This document shows positions 1-12,282 of a stretch of 64,000 bases of DNA, in pieces; within the stretch, counting starts at the first letter, position 1, and each line of letters starts with the position of its first letter. The translations under genes and the position numbers were made by a program. Source of the stretch: Albugo candida (Eukaryota). The stretch spans positions 62,001-126,000 of the forward strand of contig JBDOQK010000049.1 in the NCBI GenBank assembly GCA_040437565.1. The letters run 5' to 3'. The notes below the pieces were generated by a model, which saw nothing but the letters and a program-made list of their open reading frames with translations, made no database searches and was not told the DNA's origin.

Positions 1-162
1 ATTTTAGCGGGTTCCGTCGCATACATTTGGTATCAACGCGATAGGAAGAAAGCGCCGGCAGATGTCTTCACAGCTGATGATGCAAATAAGTGGAACCGCG
101 ATGTACTTGATCGCACGCACACGCTGTCAGAAGCAGAACGTGCGCAACGAGGCAAAAAGTAA
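1..162 (+). CDS. 3' end of a small putative single-pass membrane protein (partial)
   Basis: Frame 1 reads ILAGSVAYIWYQRDRKKAPADVFTADDANKWNRDVLDRTHTLSEAERAQRGKK with TAA at 160-162. Hydrophobic segment followed by basic residues; the start lies outside the window. Confidence 0.5.
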   Translation: MLAGSVAYIWYQRDRKKAPADVFTADDANKWNRDVLDRTHTLSEAERAQRGKK

Positions 163-269
163 AGTCTATCGTTCTGACTCAGAAATTCGGAGTCTGAGTA
201 TTATCAGATGTTACGACGGTTGAAAGAAAAATGAATAGTCTTTTCGCAAGAATAATCACTTCGTCGCAT

Positions 270-997
270 ACGATGCGTTTGTTTGAACGCTCTAGTATCT
301 AAAAAGGCGAGAGAAAGCATGGTGAATCCTTCTGAGCAAATGAACAAACAGCTTAAGCCGAACAACGCCATGTCTTTTGGGTAAGTGCTGTGCAGAGTAT
401 GTTTGATCTTTGCAGCAAATTATGGAATCTTGTAATTGTAGGAGAGCAGCCGCTTTAGCAGGTGGGATTGCGTTTGCGGCGTGGTATATTATTTATCGAA
501 GAGACACACGAACTCCTCCAACACATTTGAATGCAGATTTACTGAATCGAGACATGGGAACCACACAACAGAGTCGTATGCCANNNNNNNNNNNNNNNNN
601 NNNNNNNNNNNNNNNNNNNNNNNNNNNNNNNNNNNNNNNNNNNNNNNNNNNNNNNNNNNNNNNNNNNNNNNNNNNNNNNNNNNACGATGCGTTTGTTTGA
701 ACGCTCTAGTATCTAAAAAGGCGAGAGAAAGCATGGTGAATCCTTCTGAGCAAATGAACAAACAGCTTAAGCCGAACAACGCCATGTCTTTTGGGTAAGT
801 GCTGTGCAGAGTATGTTTGATCTTTGCAGCAAATTATGGAATCTTGTAATTGTAGGAGAGCAGCCGCTTTAGCAGGTGGGATTGCGTTTGCGGCGTGGTA
901 TATTATTTATCGAAGAGACACACGAACTCCTCCAACACATTTGAATGCAGATTTACTGAATCGAGACATGGGAACCACACAACAGAGTCGTATGCCA
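270..997. repeat. Identical direct duplication flanking N-gap (270-583 = 684-997), assembly overlap
   Basis: Identical sequence on both sides of the 100-N gap at 584-683, offset 414. Confidence 0.85.
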
Positions 998-1018
998 CCA
1001 CCTTCCAAGCGCGATTGA
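733..1018 (+). CDS. Two-exon microprotein (about 74 aa) with one hydrophobic segment
   Basis: ATG at 733; intron 795-855 (GTAAGT...TTGTAG). Spliced product MVNPSEQMNKQLKPNNAMSFGRAAALAGGIAFAAWYIIYRRDTRTPP...PPPSKRD; TGA at 1016-1018. The copy starting at 319 is the gap-overlap duplicate. Confidence 0.65.
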
Positions 1019-1107
1019 GGCAAACGGGCAGGTTGATGATTGTATATGTGTTGTGCAATCAAAGTCAGTACTAAAATACGCAGAGCTTACTGTTTTACTG
1101 TCCTGAA

Positions 1108-1879
1108 TTACGTTTCCTGTGAAGAGCGCTCAACTTTGAAAAACTGACACTCGTGCGAGTCGGAAAGCACTTGCACGAACTGCTGCATCTCTTCTTTGGA
1201 TTCAAAAGCCTTCACATCACAGAATGAAACACTTTTCAATACGAAATGCGAGTGAAATCGAACCTTTGGCTCCTGTAGCAGTGAGTCTAGATTGTAGTGA
1301 ACACCTTCAATCTAGGACACCAATCAACGGATGTGGTACACTCTACTCTTGGCAGCAGATCGTACCTGCTTGATTGCGAACCAATGTCGCTGCTCGAGTT
1401 TCTTCCATGAAAACCATCGCCTTGTGACAATATTACACAAGATCCCTACCACATTATCCGTTGTGCACTTTGCTTCTTCACTGTCGATCCAACTCATAGT
1501 GTACCCTCAACGTGAAACGGTTAGCATATGTGTCATCTGAAATACTTGCGTTATGAGCACCTTTTTGCTGCAAAATGTGGGTGAGTACATTCACATCGTA
1601 ATTACCATATCCAAAAGGAAACTCGTAGGCTAACTTGTTGTACTGGTCTCGCAAGAGCGGTACATACGATAAAACGCCAGAATTTGGACTAATGGACATT
1701 TCCAGCTGCAGCAGTGATTGGCTTGCTTGTGACATATCCTCCAAACTAAATAATGCCTCTTCCTCACGGATCCATTACTTTTCATTTCTGAATACGTTAC
1801 AGGAATCCAAAGTACCTTGTAAAAGATTATTTATCGCATGCAAACCGCAGCGCATAAACGACTGTCTTTCATGATACAT
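1108..1879 (-). CDS. Josephin-domain deubiquitinase (JOSD1/2-like), multi-exon
   Basis: Minus-strand exons read MYHERQSFMRCGLHAINNLLQ (catalytic Cys), GNYDVNVL, RHWFAIKQ (catalytic His) and HYNLDS (catalytic Asp), then AFESKEE...SSQET stop. These are hallmark Josephin motifs. Confidence 0.9.
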
Positions 1880-2085
1880 CGTCGAACACGATTACTATTG
1901 TAAATACTATCCAGGACACTACCGTTTCTCAAAAAAACGCTGACCCTCGTACGCTTCAAAAATGAGCNNNNNNNNNNNNNNNNNNNNNNNNNNNNNNNNN
2001 NNNNNNNNNNNNNNNNNNNNNNNNNNNNNNNNNNNNNNNNNNNNNNNNNNNNNNNNNNNNNNNNNNNCCCTCGTACGCTTCAAAA

Positions 2086-5000
2086 ATGAGCGATAATTTC
2101 TTACGGTTTGTACGCCACCGAAATTCGAGTCGTACAGTCGAACGCAGCGCCATAATCAACCACTATGCAATCGAAGAGTTGCTCACCTACCCATCCCTCC
2201 ATATTTTCCACAGTATTGCTCATCCGAGTGCGCATACGTTGCAACAACTTGCAGCATTACAAGCAGAAAATAAGGAAATATCTAACGATTCTTTTAACGA
2301 TAAATTTGCGCGAGAAATACGCAATTACATCCATAAAAACGGTTTAAATTATTATTCTGTCTCTGAAATAGCGAATACAATCATTCAGGGGATCCAGGAA
2401 GCAACGGGAAACGAGCAACAAGTGCTGGAACGTCTGGAAGAAGAGCTATTCAACACATTGGGAGATCACGGTATTGAGCTCATCAGTTTCTGCCTCCAAT
2501 CGCACACGCAAATCGGATCGCTTGGGCCTGGCGAATGGAGCGATCCTGCGGCCACAAATGAGACTGCAAACACATCCAACACCTCGCTTTTGGTCCAGCA
2601 ATTTGGGGTGTTACAAGACGGGTACGAAACTTCTGGACCGGATGGCCTGCTGCATGGAAATAGAAGCGTGTTGCCTGAAAACACACAACGAATACGAACG
2701 AAATACTATGAGCGTGTGTACATTCCTGCGAAAAAGCTCTTACGTACGGACGAAAACGTGTGCATTTCTATCGCACAATTGGACCCTTTTGCACAAACAG
2801 CTTTTAAGGGAATGAAGCAATTAAATCGACTTCAGTCAAAACTATTTGAAGCAGCGTATACCACGAATCAGAATCTCCTGGTTTGTGCGCCAACTGGAGC
2901 CGGGAAGACAAATGTCGCGATGCTAACGATATTACACGAGGTCAAGAGTCAGCTTTGCAAAGCACAATGCAGTTTGAAGGAGCCTCTTCCATCTCGCTGG
3001 CGGATGAAAATCGTGTATGTCGCTCCGATGAAAGCTTTGGCTCAAGAAGTTGTTCGAAAATTCGCTCAACGTTTAAAGGAGCTGCACCTCGCGGTTGCGG
3101 AATTGACAGGCGATATGCAGCTGACACGACANNNNNNNNNNNNNNNNNNNNNNNNNNNNNNNNNNNNNNNNNNNNNNNNNNNNNNNNNNNNNNNNNNNNN
3201 NNNNNNNNNNNNNNNNNNNNNNNNNNNNNNNGCACAATTGGACCCTTTTGCACAAACAGCTTTTAAGGGAATGAAGCAATTAAATCGACTTCAGTCAAAA
3301 CTATTTGAAGCAGCGTATACCACGAATCAGAATCTCCTGGTTTGTGCGCCAACTGGAGCCGGGAAGACAAATGTCGCGATGCTAACGATATTACACGAGG
3401 TCAAGAGTCAGCTTTGCAAAGCACAATGCAGTTTGAAGGAGCCTCTTCCATCTCGCTGGCGGATGAAAATCGTGTATGTCGCTCCGATGAAAGCTTTGGC
3501 TCAAGAAGTTGTTCGAAAATTCGCTCAACGTTTAAAGGAGCTGCACCTCGCGGTTGCGGAATTGACAGGCGATATGCAGCTGACACGACAACAATTGGAA
3601 CAAACGCATGTGATTGTCACCACGCCGGAAAAATGGGATGTCATCACACGGAAATCAAGCACGCAGCAATCACTTCTTCGCGAAGTAAAGCTTCTCATCA
3701 TCGACGAAGTCCATTTACTGGCGGATCAGCGTGGTCCTGTCATTGAGACAATTGTAGCAAGAACGTTGAGACGCGTGGAAACGACACAGAATATGATTCG
3801 GATTGTGGGTTTATCGGCAACGCTACCGAATTACGTCGATGTCGGTCATTTCTTACGTGTTCACATTCCATCATCCGGGGCTAAACGTACGCTCCAAAAC
3901 CGATCGTATTACGAGAATGCGGCTACGAACGGCGGCAAAGGCGGCTTATTTTTCTTTGACGCATCCTATCGTCCAGTTCCTCTCGATCAAACATTTATTG
4001 GAATCAATACTTCCCCACAAAGCCTCAAAAGCGCTGTTGAAAGCACGAAAGAGACCAACGATTTAGAAGAAAAAAAGAAATCAAAAGAATCGCCTCATGC
4101 AACGCTCAGTCGCCATCGTCAGGTCCAATTTGTGATGAATAAGCTTGCATTTCTGCACTGTTTGACGCAAGTTCGCCGAAATGAACAAGTGATGATTTTC
4201 GTGCATTCTCGGAAAGAAACAGCCAACACCGTTCGAGCGATTATGGAGATGGCTGCATCATACGTCTCGGAAGATCATCAAGACCCTCATTTTTCGTGTG
4301 GAGCCGATGGGAATTGTATGGATGCGTTCTTACCGCATTTTGCAGATGAAAGCCTCCCGTTTGAGTTCACCGAACGTTTGAATAAAAGTCGAAACAAAGA
4401 GCTCAAAGAGTTTGCACCTTTGGGATTCGGTATCCATCATGCGGGAATGCTGCGTGCGGATCGAAATCTATGCGAAGAAATGTTCGAAAGAGGATGGATC
4501 CGCGTGCTTTGCTGCACAGCGACACTGGCGTGGGGTGTGAATCTTCCTGCACACTCCGTATTGATCAAAGGAACGCAAGTGTACAACGCGGAACGTGGAG
4601 GACTGACACAATTGGGCATGCTGGACGTCCTTCAAATATTTGGACGAGCTGGACGGCCGCAATATGACACACACGGCGACGCGGTAGTGATCACGACAAT
4701 GGATCAATTGCCTCATTACCTGCGACTTCTTTCACACGGCATTCCGATCGAATCCGCACTGGTCAAGTCTCTATCGGATCATTTGAATGCCGAGATCGTT
4801 TCCGGGACAATTAGTAATCTCCAGGAAGCGTGTGAATGGCTCAGTTATACGTATTTGTTTGTCCGATTACGAAAGAATCCATTAGCGTATGGTATGACGC
4901 TGGAAAGTGTACAGAAAGATCCAAGTCTTTCGGAGAAACGTCAGCAAATACTGCTACAAGCTGCTGAGAAATTGGAAAAGTGTCGGATGATAAAGATTCT

Positions 5001-8000
5001 GAAGCGGTCAAAGGAAGCGGATGCACGTTTGAACGGCCAAATGGACGCACGGAACATTCACTTTGCCATCACGGCGTTAGGTCGTGTGGCATCGCATTTT
5101 TACATTTGCAACGAATCGATTGCGACATTCAATGAGCTTTTTGAGAGTCATATGATTACGGAAGAACGAACGATTGATCAACAGCGATTACAGCAAGTCG
5201 AGGAAGCGAATGAAGACGACGAGTATGGGCTTTCATGGGAGAAAGGAATGCTTATATTCTGCAGCAGTAAAGAATTCGAGCAGTTGAAAACACGGGAAGA
5301 GGAAGTATTGGAACTTGAGCGTTTGGAGAAGCAATTTTGTCGCTTCCCTGTGGCTGGAAGTGGCGGTCTTGTCAATTACGTCGGGAAGACAGTGGTCTTA
5401 TTGCAAGCTTTGCTGGGTCGAGCTCGTATCACGAGTTTCACGCTTGTTTCCGACACGAATTATGTCGCACAGAATGGAGCTCGTGTTTGTCGCGGTCTCT
5501 TTGAGCTTTGTCTCAAGCAGCACAATGCGGGAAGAGCATTCACATTTCTCCAATTGGCAAAATCAATCGATCAGCGCTGTTGGATGGATCAGAAGCCATT
5601 GATTGCACAGTTTGCTACCGTTCCAAGCGATATCATCGCATCCGTTGGAATGGCACTTGTAAATTCGGACGAATACACTGTGCTGTCAATGCCACAAAGC
5701 GCTCCAAATTGTGTGAAAATGCTTTCCACGCGATGCAAACGATTCCTTTCGTCTTTGCCATTCGTACACGTCGATTTCGATCATGTTTTATTGCAACCGA
5801 TCAGTGCTCAGCTTTTGAAAATGACAATACCGCTTGTGCCTCTTTTCGACATTTGGAATGAGAAATTGTACAGCGGGCAAACGCTGCGATATTGGATGTG
5901 GATTGAGGATGCGACATCAGGGTTTATCTATCATTCGGAGGCTGTGATCATCCATCAACAGAGGTTCCAGCGTTGGCAACAACTCGAGACGCTCGAGCCG
6001 TTGGTCGAATTCCAAGTGCATTTGCCCATTTTTCTCAAACACAATGAAGATGCCGCTTACTACACGATCAGAGTTGTATCGGATCATTACGTGGGCATCG
6101 ATACATTCTGCGAAATCGCGTATACGCCGTCACAATCTGTAAAAGCCCAAACGACATTGACACCGATTTTGGAGCTTCATCCATTGCCAATTGCTTCCGT
6201 TTTGGCGTTTGGAGGTACAGAGCATGTACTTGGAGAGCACAATCCCTTCCCAAGCACTCTCAATTCGATTCAGAGTCAGGTGTTTCATTCATTGTATCAT
6301 CAGAATGACGATATGCTTTTGTGTGCTCCCAATGGAAGTGGGAAGACACTCTGCGCGGAATTTGCAATGGTTCGCGTTTGGAATCGATTGCAAATGGGAA
6401 CGAGGAAATGGATCCTATACATTACTCCAATGCAGGAAATGGCATTGGCGGCAGCGAATCGTTGGAAAAAAGTGTTTGAGAGCGAAAATGGAGTGAGAAC
6501 AAGAATTTGGTGCTTTGATGTGTGCGATCGAAAGACCGCGTCATGTTGCACGGTGTCGGAATTCGAGTACGCGATCAGAGAACCTCACGAATTGGGGATC
6601 ATTGTGACGACTGCAGCGAGACTTGATGGGCTCTTACGAAGGTCCTGCATGGAGCAGATCGTTCCAGACTTGGCGCTACTGATTGTGGACGATCTTCACT
6701 TTGTCACAGATCCCGACGTCGGACCTCTGTACGAAATCGTGCTAAGTCGTTTAGCTCGCGTACAACACGGGAGATCAAGCGATGCGACTCGATGGCTTGT
6801 GCTTTCGTCGCCTTTGGTGAACGGAAAGGAAGCTGCAATGTGGCTGGGAATTGTGCAGAAGAGCGCCAAAGTGTACAACTTTGGACCAACCGCTCGACCA
6901 ACTGCGATCCAATTACACATTCAAAGCTTCCCGGAACACCAGCACGTCGGTCGAATGTCAGCAATGAATAAGCCGATTTACATGGCGATAAAAGCGTACA
7001 CGTCGGAATCGATACATCAAGTGCTGATTTTTGTCCCTTCCAAAGCTCAAACGAAGCAAACGGCATTGGATTTGATTGCTCAGTGTATTTCTGACCCGGA
7101 CGCGAATTCAACGACATCTCATCAAGGCTTTTTGAATGGGACGGAAGAGACCCTGAGATCGATAATCGCATCGATGGGGAAGAGCTCAAGTCGGCGACGT
7201 ATGGACGACACCTTACAACACACTCTCGCCTTTGGTATCGGACTGTACCATGACGGCTTACGCAAAGAAGATCGAAATCTCGTGTTGGAGCTTTATACGA
7301 CCAATATGCTTCGTGTGATCATACTAACTAGCGAGATGGTTTGGCGATGGAGACAAGATGCCGATCGTTTCCAAGCTCGAAATCCTTACGGGAATGCCTG
7401 CGAACGTCTCGTCATTTTGAAAGGGACGGAAGAATTCGATCCACAAACAGGTCGATATCGCCCATACTCTTGGTGTAAAATGCTCAAGCTTGTCGGTGTT
7501 GCAAAGACGTATTCCGACTCGACTGCTGTTTGCATTCTGACGGAGGAAAGTCGGAAGAATATGATGCAACGATTGCTTCAGGAACCAATGATTTTGGAGT
7601 CGACTCTATTCAGCAAAACCAACGTGCAGAATAGTACGTGGGAGAACAGTATGTTCCTGGCCGTTGGTACTGCAACTCACACGCTCGAAAATGCGCTTCT
7701 GGCAAGCACATTTTTCTACCAGCGTTTATATCAGAATCCAGCGTACTATGGAATCCAAGGAAAGGATGCGACAAAGGAATGCAAGCAGTTGTGCACAGAG
7801 ATTCTGATGAACGCTGTACGACGACTTGCAGCATCAAGATGTCTTCATGTCGATATTCCTGCTGGAAAATCAATTCGTCTGGATCTGACACGATACGGTA
7901 TTGTTGCTGCTCGTCACGGGCTCGATCATCATGTGGTCCTGCGTATCGTTTCGCATGTCGAAAAGCACCGACAGATGCAAAGTGTTGGCGATAAGAGTGG

Positions 8001-8935
8001 CAATGTGCTTGAGAGTGTGCTTGTGGCATTTTGTGCTACTTCGCTGATACAATTGCGAAGAATTCTTCCTGTACGACATTTCGAGTTACAAATGAATCCG
8101 CTGGCGGAAATTGGAAGCAATGTCCGATTTCCAATGGAAAAACTCGATCATAAAGCTTCAAAGGAGATCCGAAAAGATCCGCATGTCAGTAAGGCGTATA
8201 CTCTGATTCAAATGCACATTGAACGGTCCACTTTGCCAGGTGCCGACTACAACAAAGACGCTCAACTGTGCGTTGTGTACTTTTCGCAATGGATGGATAC
8301 GTGGATTGAGATTTGTGTGGAATGCGATGCATTGGCTTTGGCGCGTGGCGGAATCCTTTTACGCCAATGTCTCACACAGAGAAAATGGACGGATTTGGAG
8401 TTTGCGGATGGAATGGGTCTCAGTCACGTGAGAGGAATGACATCTGCCGTTNNNNNNNNNNNNNNNNNNNNNNNNNNNNNNNNNNNNNNNNNNNNNNNNN
8501 NNNNNNNNNNNNNNNNNNNNNNNNNNNNNNNNNNNNNNNNNNNNNNNNNNNCTTTGTCGACTTTTGAAAGACTTTGAGGGTGCAACGAGTGTCATTGACG
8601 CAGTGGAAGCGCTCCCCGTCGTTGGAATTGCAATGGATGCGATAAATGACAGTGTTTTGGAGGCAACAATCACATTTTCAAACATCGTATTGTGGCGGAA
8701 ATGGTATGGAAATCGGTGCAGTTTTTTCATTTTCTTAACGCTGCGAATTGGCACTGAAAATGAGTCCAAAGAACGAATTATGCGATTTGCACACGTTCAC
8801 GTGCAAGCAGACCCTTCGATTGTGCATATACGATGCAGCGTACCAGCGGAATGCACGACAAATAGCCTGTGGAAGATATCGATCGAAAATGAACAGCTTT
8901 TTCGACTTGAATGGACAGAGAATGCACGACTATGA
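2086..8935 (+). CDS. ASCC3: Ski2-like dual-cassette helicase, ASCC3/Slh1 type (activating signal cointegrator 1 complex subunit 3)
   Basis: Motifs APTGAGKT, TTPEKWD, DEVH, RGPVIETIVARTLRRVETTQNMIRIVGLSATLPNY and QIFGRAGRPQYD, a Sec63-like region, and a second cassette with APNGSGKT and RMSAMNKP. Interrupted by gaps at 3132-3231 and 8452-8551; the C-terminus is taken from ORF 8564-8935. Confidence 0.85.
2773..3590. repeat. Identical duplication across N-gap inside the helicase (2773-3131 = 3232-3590), assembly overlap
   Basis: Exact repeat with offset 459 nt, which happens to keep frame and gives a false duplicated Walker A segment. Confidence 0.85.
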
Positions 8936-9027
8936 TTCGTCTAAATTAAGGATTATTTATCTGATTGGTTGATTTCTGAATATAAACCAATCACATTCCT
9001 TTTAATTTGCGGCTTGGAACGAAAAAG

Positions 9028-10473
9028 ATGCTGAATCGAATCTTCCATTCTCCTTTGATCCATTCGGTGTCACGGAAACAGCAAATACAGCATGTCCGGC
9101 ATTTGAACTTACACGAGTATCAGTCTATGGAAATCATGAAAGAATATGGTATCCAAATCCCTGAAGGAGTTCCCGCGATGACCCCGGATGAAGCAGATAA
9201 AGCCTACATGAAAATCGTAGGAAACAAATGTAGATTCTCGTTCACTGATTGAGATTGTTGAGACGATTTTCATCCATTTTGTATTGAAATCTGTAGCAAA
9301 TGCAGACGTTGTAATTAAAGCGCAAGCTCTCACAGGTGGTCGAGGCTTAGGACACTTCAAAAATGGGTTCAAAGGAGGCGTTCATATGTGCACAAAGTAA
9401 GAAGAATCTCATTCAATTCGTTTGTTTACTAAACTGATGAATTTGATGAAAGACCCGAAGATGCGAAAACCTTTGCATCGAAAATGATTGGGCAAACATT
9501 AGTGACGAAACAGACCGGAGACCGAGGAATTAAAGTCGCTAAAGTGCTTCTAATGGAAAGAGTGTACATGCGTCGAGAGATGTATTTTTCCATTTTGATG
9601 GATCGAGCGTCAAAGGGACCAGTTATTGTGGCCTCTCCGGCGGGAGGGACATCGATCGAAGATGTCGCTGCAGCCACTCCCGAGTTGATTTTCAAGCAAG
9701 TCATTGACATTCAAACAGGACCAACAAAAGATCAGATCGATTTTCTCGTAGAGAAATTGGGATGTAATGACAAGTCAACGTCTAAAATGGCGGAAATGAT
9801 ACAAAACCTGTACAACATGTTTATCGGAGTCGACGCCACGCTCGTGGAAATCAATCCGCTTGCTGAAACTCCCTCTGGCGATGTGTTGGCATGCGATGCT
9901 AAAATCAATTTCGACGACAACGCTGCTTTCCGTCATCCAGACATTTTTGCAAAACGTGATAAAACGCAAGAAGACCCTCGTGAGGTGGAAGCCAGTGCCT
10001 TTGATCTGAATTATATCGGTTTGGATGGGAATATCGGGTGTCTCGTGAACGGGGCAGGCCTTGCGATGGCAACTATGGACATTATCTCGCTATTTGGTGG
10101 CTCACCTGCAAATTTCCTTGACGTCGGTGGAGGGGCTACAGAAGCTCAGGTCAAAAAAGCGTTTGAGATCTTGAATCGTGATGATCAAGTGAAATCAATT
10201 CTGGTGAATATTTTCGGTGGAATCATGCGTTGTGATGTGATTGCTGCAGGGATCATCGCCGCTGCGAAAGATTTGGATTTGGAAAAGCCGATTATCGTCC
10301 GTCTTCAAGGCACCAATGTGGAGAAAGCGAGACAGCTGATCGCCGATTCCGGATTTAAAATGATTGTCGCAGACAACTTGGATGACGCGGCACAAAAAGC
10401 TGTGAAAATAGCGGGAATTGTATCCCAGGCACAAGAAGCTAATCTTCGTGTCACTCTTGAAAGCAAGAAATAA
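9028..10473 (+). CDS. Succinyl-CoA ligase beta subunit, mitochondrial (introns near 9230-9297 and 9397-9452)
   Basis: Transit peptide then RHLNLHEYQS, VIKAQALTGGRGLG, EINPL, DAKINFDDNA, GNIGCLVNGAGLAMATMD, PANFLDVGGGA and NIFGGIMRCD. Confidence 0.95.
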
Positions 10474-10573
10474 CGCGATAAGTGCGCTTAAGAGTTGAAT
10501 TCACCATTTATATGCGAGATTCTTGGCTATTCACTGCGTTTACACCTAAAGTGGCCAGATAATAATTGTGCAT

Positions 10574-11178
10574 TTACTTTGTCTCGCGTCCTCGACCCAT
10601 AATGCTGACTATCCATTCCATTCCATCTTGTAATCCTTCGCCTGTCTTTGCGGAACACGCTTGAATTTGCCATTGGCGATCACGAATCGTCGAAAGGTTA
10701 AGTGCGGTTGATATTTCCGATGATGGAAGGGCATTGAGCAAATCTTGCTTGTTTGCAAATACCAAAATTGGCACCTTGGAGAGCTTTTCTTCTTCCATTA
10801 GCGTTGACAATTCAAGTCCGGTTTCCTCTAGACGACGACGATCAGCACTGTCAATCACGTAGATCTACAATCACACCGTATAGAACACGATAAGAGTGAT
10901 GGAGGCTCAAGACTCACCAGCGCATCTGTTTGCTCGTAATAATTGCGCCAATACGGACGGATGGTTTTTTGGCCTCCAATATCCCACATATTAAGCTTGA
11001 AGCCATCCACCTGGAGGCTTTTCACGTTGAATCCTTGCGTCGGCATAATGTGACTTATATCTTCTTCCGATAGTTTCTTTAGAATGGTCGTTTTGCCACC
11101 ATTATCGAGCCCGAGAACGAGGATCCGCGCCTCGCTATCGTCTTTTTTCAGCTTGCGTAGAAGGTTTAATAATCCCAT
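10574..11178 (-). CDS. ARL3: ADP-ribosylation factor-like GTPase 3 (intron 10865-10917)
   Basis: [56 protein letters not shown] and [13 protein letters not shown] intron joins the two ORFs. Confidence 0.9.
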
Positions 11179-11345
11179 TTCTTTATGGTCAAATTCTTTG
11201 ACTTTTGTGTGCGGCCTTTTGGTTTCGCACTAATTCGATTGCGATNNNNNNNNNNNNNNNNNNNNNNNNNNNNNNNNNNNNNNNNNNNNNNNNNNNNNNN
11301 NNNNNNNNNNNNNNNNNNNNNNNNNNNNNNNNNNNNNNNNNNNNN

Positions 11346-12007
11346 TCCATATAATGCTGAAGTGTATACTTCAAACGCCTGAGCAAGAGAGCGATCAGAA
11401 TAAGAGCAATTAGTGAAGCAATTCCAATGAGCTCCAACACCAATAAGGAGACCCTACTGTCTGTGTTCTCCCGTCTCAATTCGATAGTCCTCTCGGTTTC
11501 GTACATACGTTCACTGGACAATGGATCTTTAGCTGTCGATTGAGGTTGCTCGTTCAACACACGAAGCGATGTGCTTGAATGAGTGGGAAGAAATAGAGAT
11601 AGTCGTTCTCCCGCATTCAATCGCTTCGCATGGAAAGCGGAAGAGCTTTTTCCAGATTCTGATTCTGACATTGATGAAAGCCGTACTCGTGATGTGCTTT
11701 TGGTGTGTGAAGAAAACCCGCTGTCATTGATGTCGTAGTTGTCGCCATTGTTATCTTCGAATGAATCTGACGAGGGAATATCGTCATCAAATCGAGCTTG
11801 GAGGTTACTTCCACGTGCCTTAATGTCAAATAGCGGAAAGAAGACACTTGGAAATAGCACGTTGACACTCACGTGCAGCAGTGATCCAGTCTGAGTCGAT
11901 AGATCACTCCCATGACGTCGGTGTATCACAAGTCTGCCTCTTCGAGGCCTTCCGTAATTACTCAATAGCAACACTCGAGCGAGAATCCAAAGAGCTTTTA
12001 TGAGCAT
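11346..12007 (-). CDS. Hypothetical Ser-rich protein with N-terminal hydrophobic leader and C-terminal transmembrane helix (3' end in gap)
   Basis: ORF MLIKALWILARVLLL... with a low-complexity Ser/Asp middle and TM-like VSLLVLELIGIASLIALILIALLLRR; runs into the gap at 11246-11345. Confidence 0.5.
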
Positions 12008-12282
12008 TCCTTCAAAAGTGATAATGTGTGAGAATTCCCCATCCGCAGATGGGCTGCTTCACTTAGTCGGGTATCCACACACAGTGTCGTCAGAAGTGAA
12101 GCAACTCTGACTGTACCCATAATAAGCTTTGAATATAAAACAGAACGCTTATAAGAAATGTATGTACTGCGATTTTTGCATTTACGAATCATTAAACATA
12201 ACACACAAATCAGTTGCCTTTCAACTGAAAATGCGACCAAATCGCAATTCATGTGTGATTGGCGGATACTGCAATTGATCGA

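Noticed and set aside
270-997. Apparent duplicated microprotein gene
   Set aside because: Identical sequence either side of a gap; assembly overlap.
2773-3590. Apparent tandem duplication of the helicase Walker A region
   Set aside because: Identical copies directly flank a 100-N gap, so this is an unmerged contig overlap.
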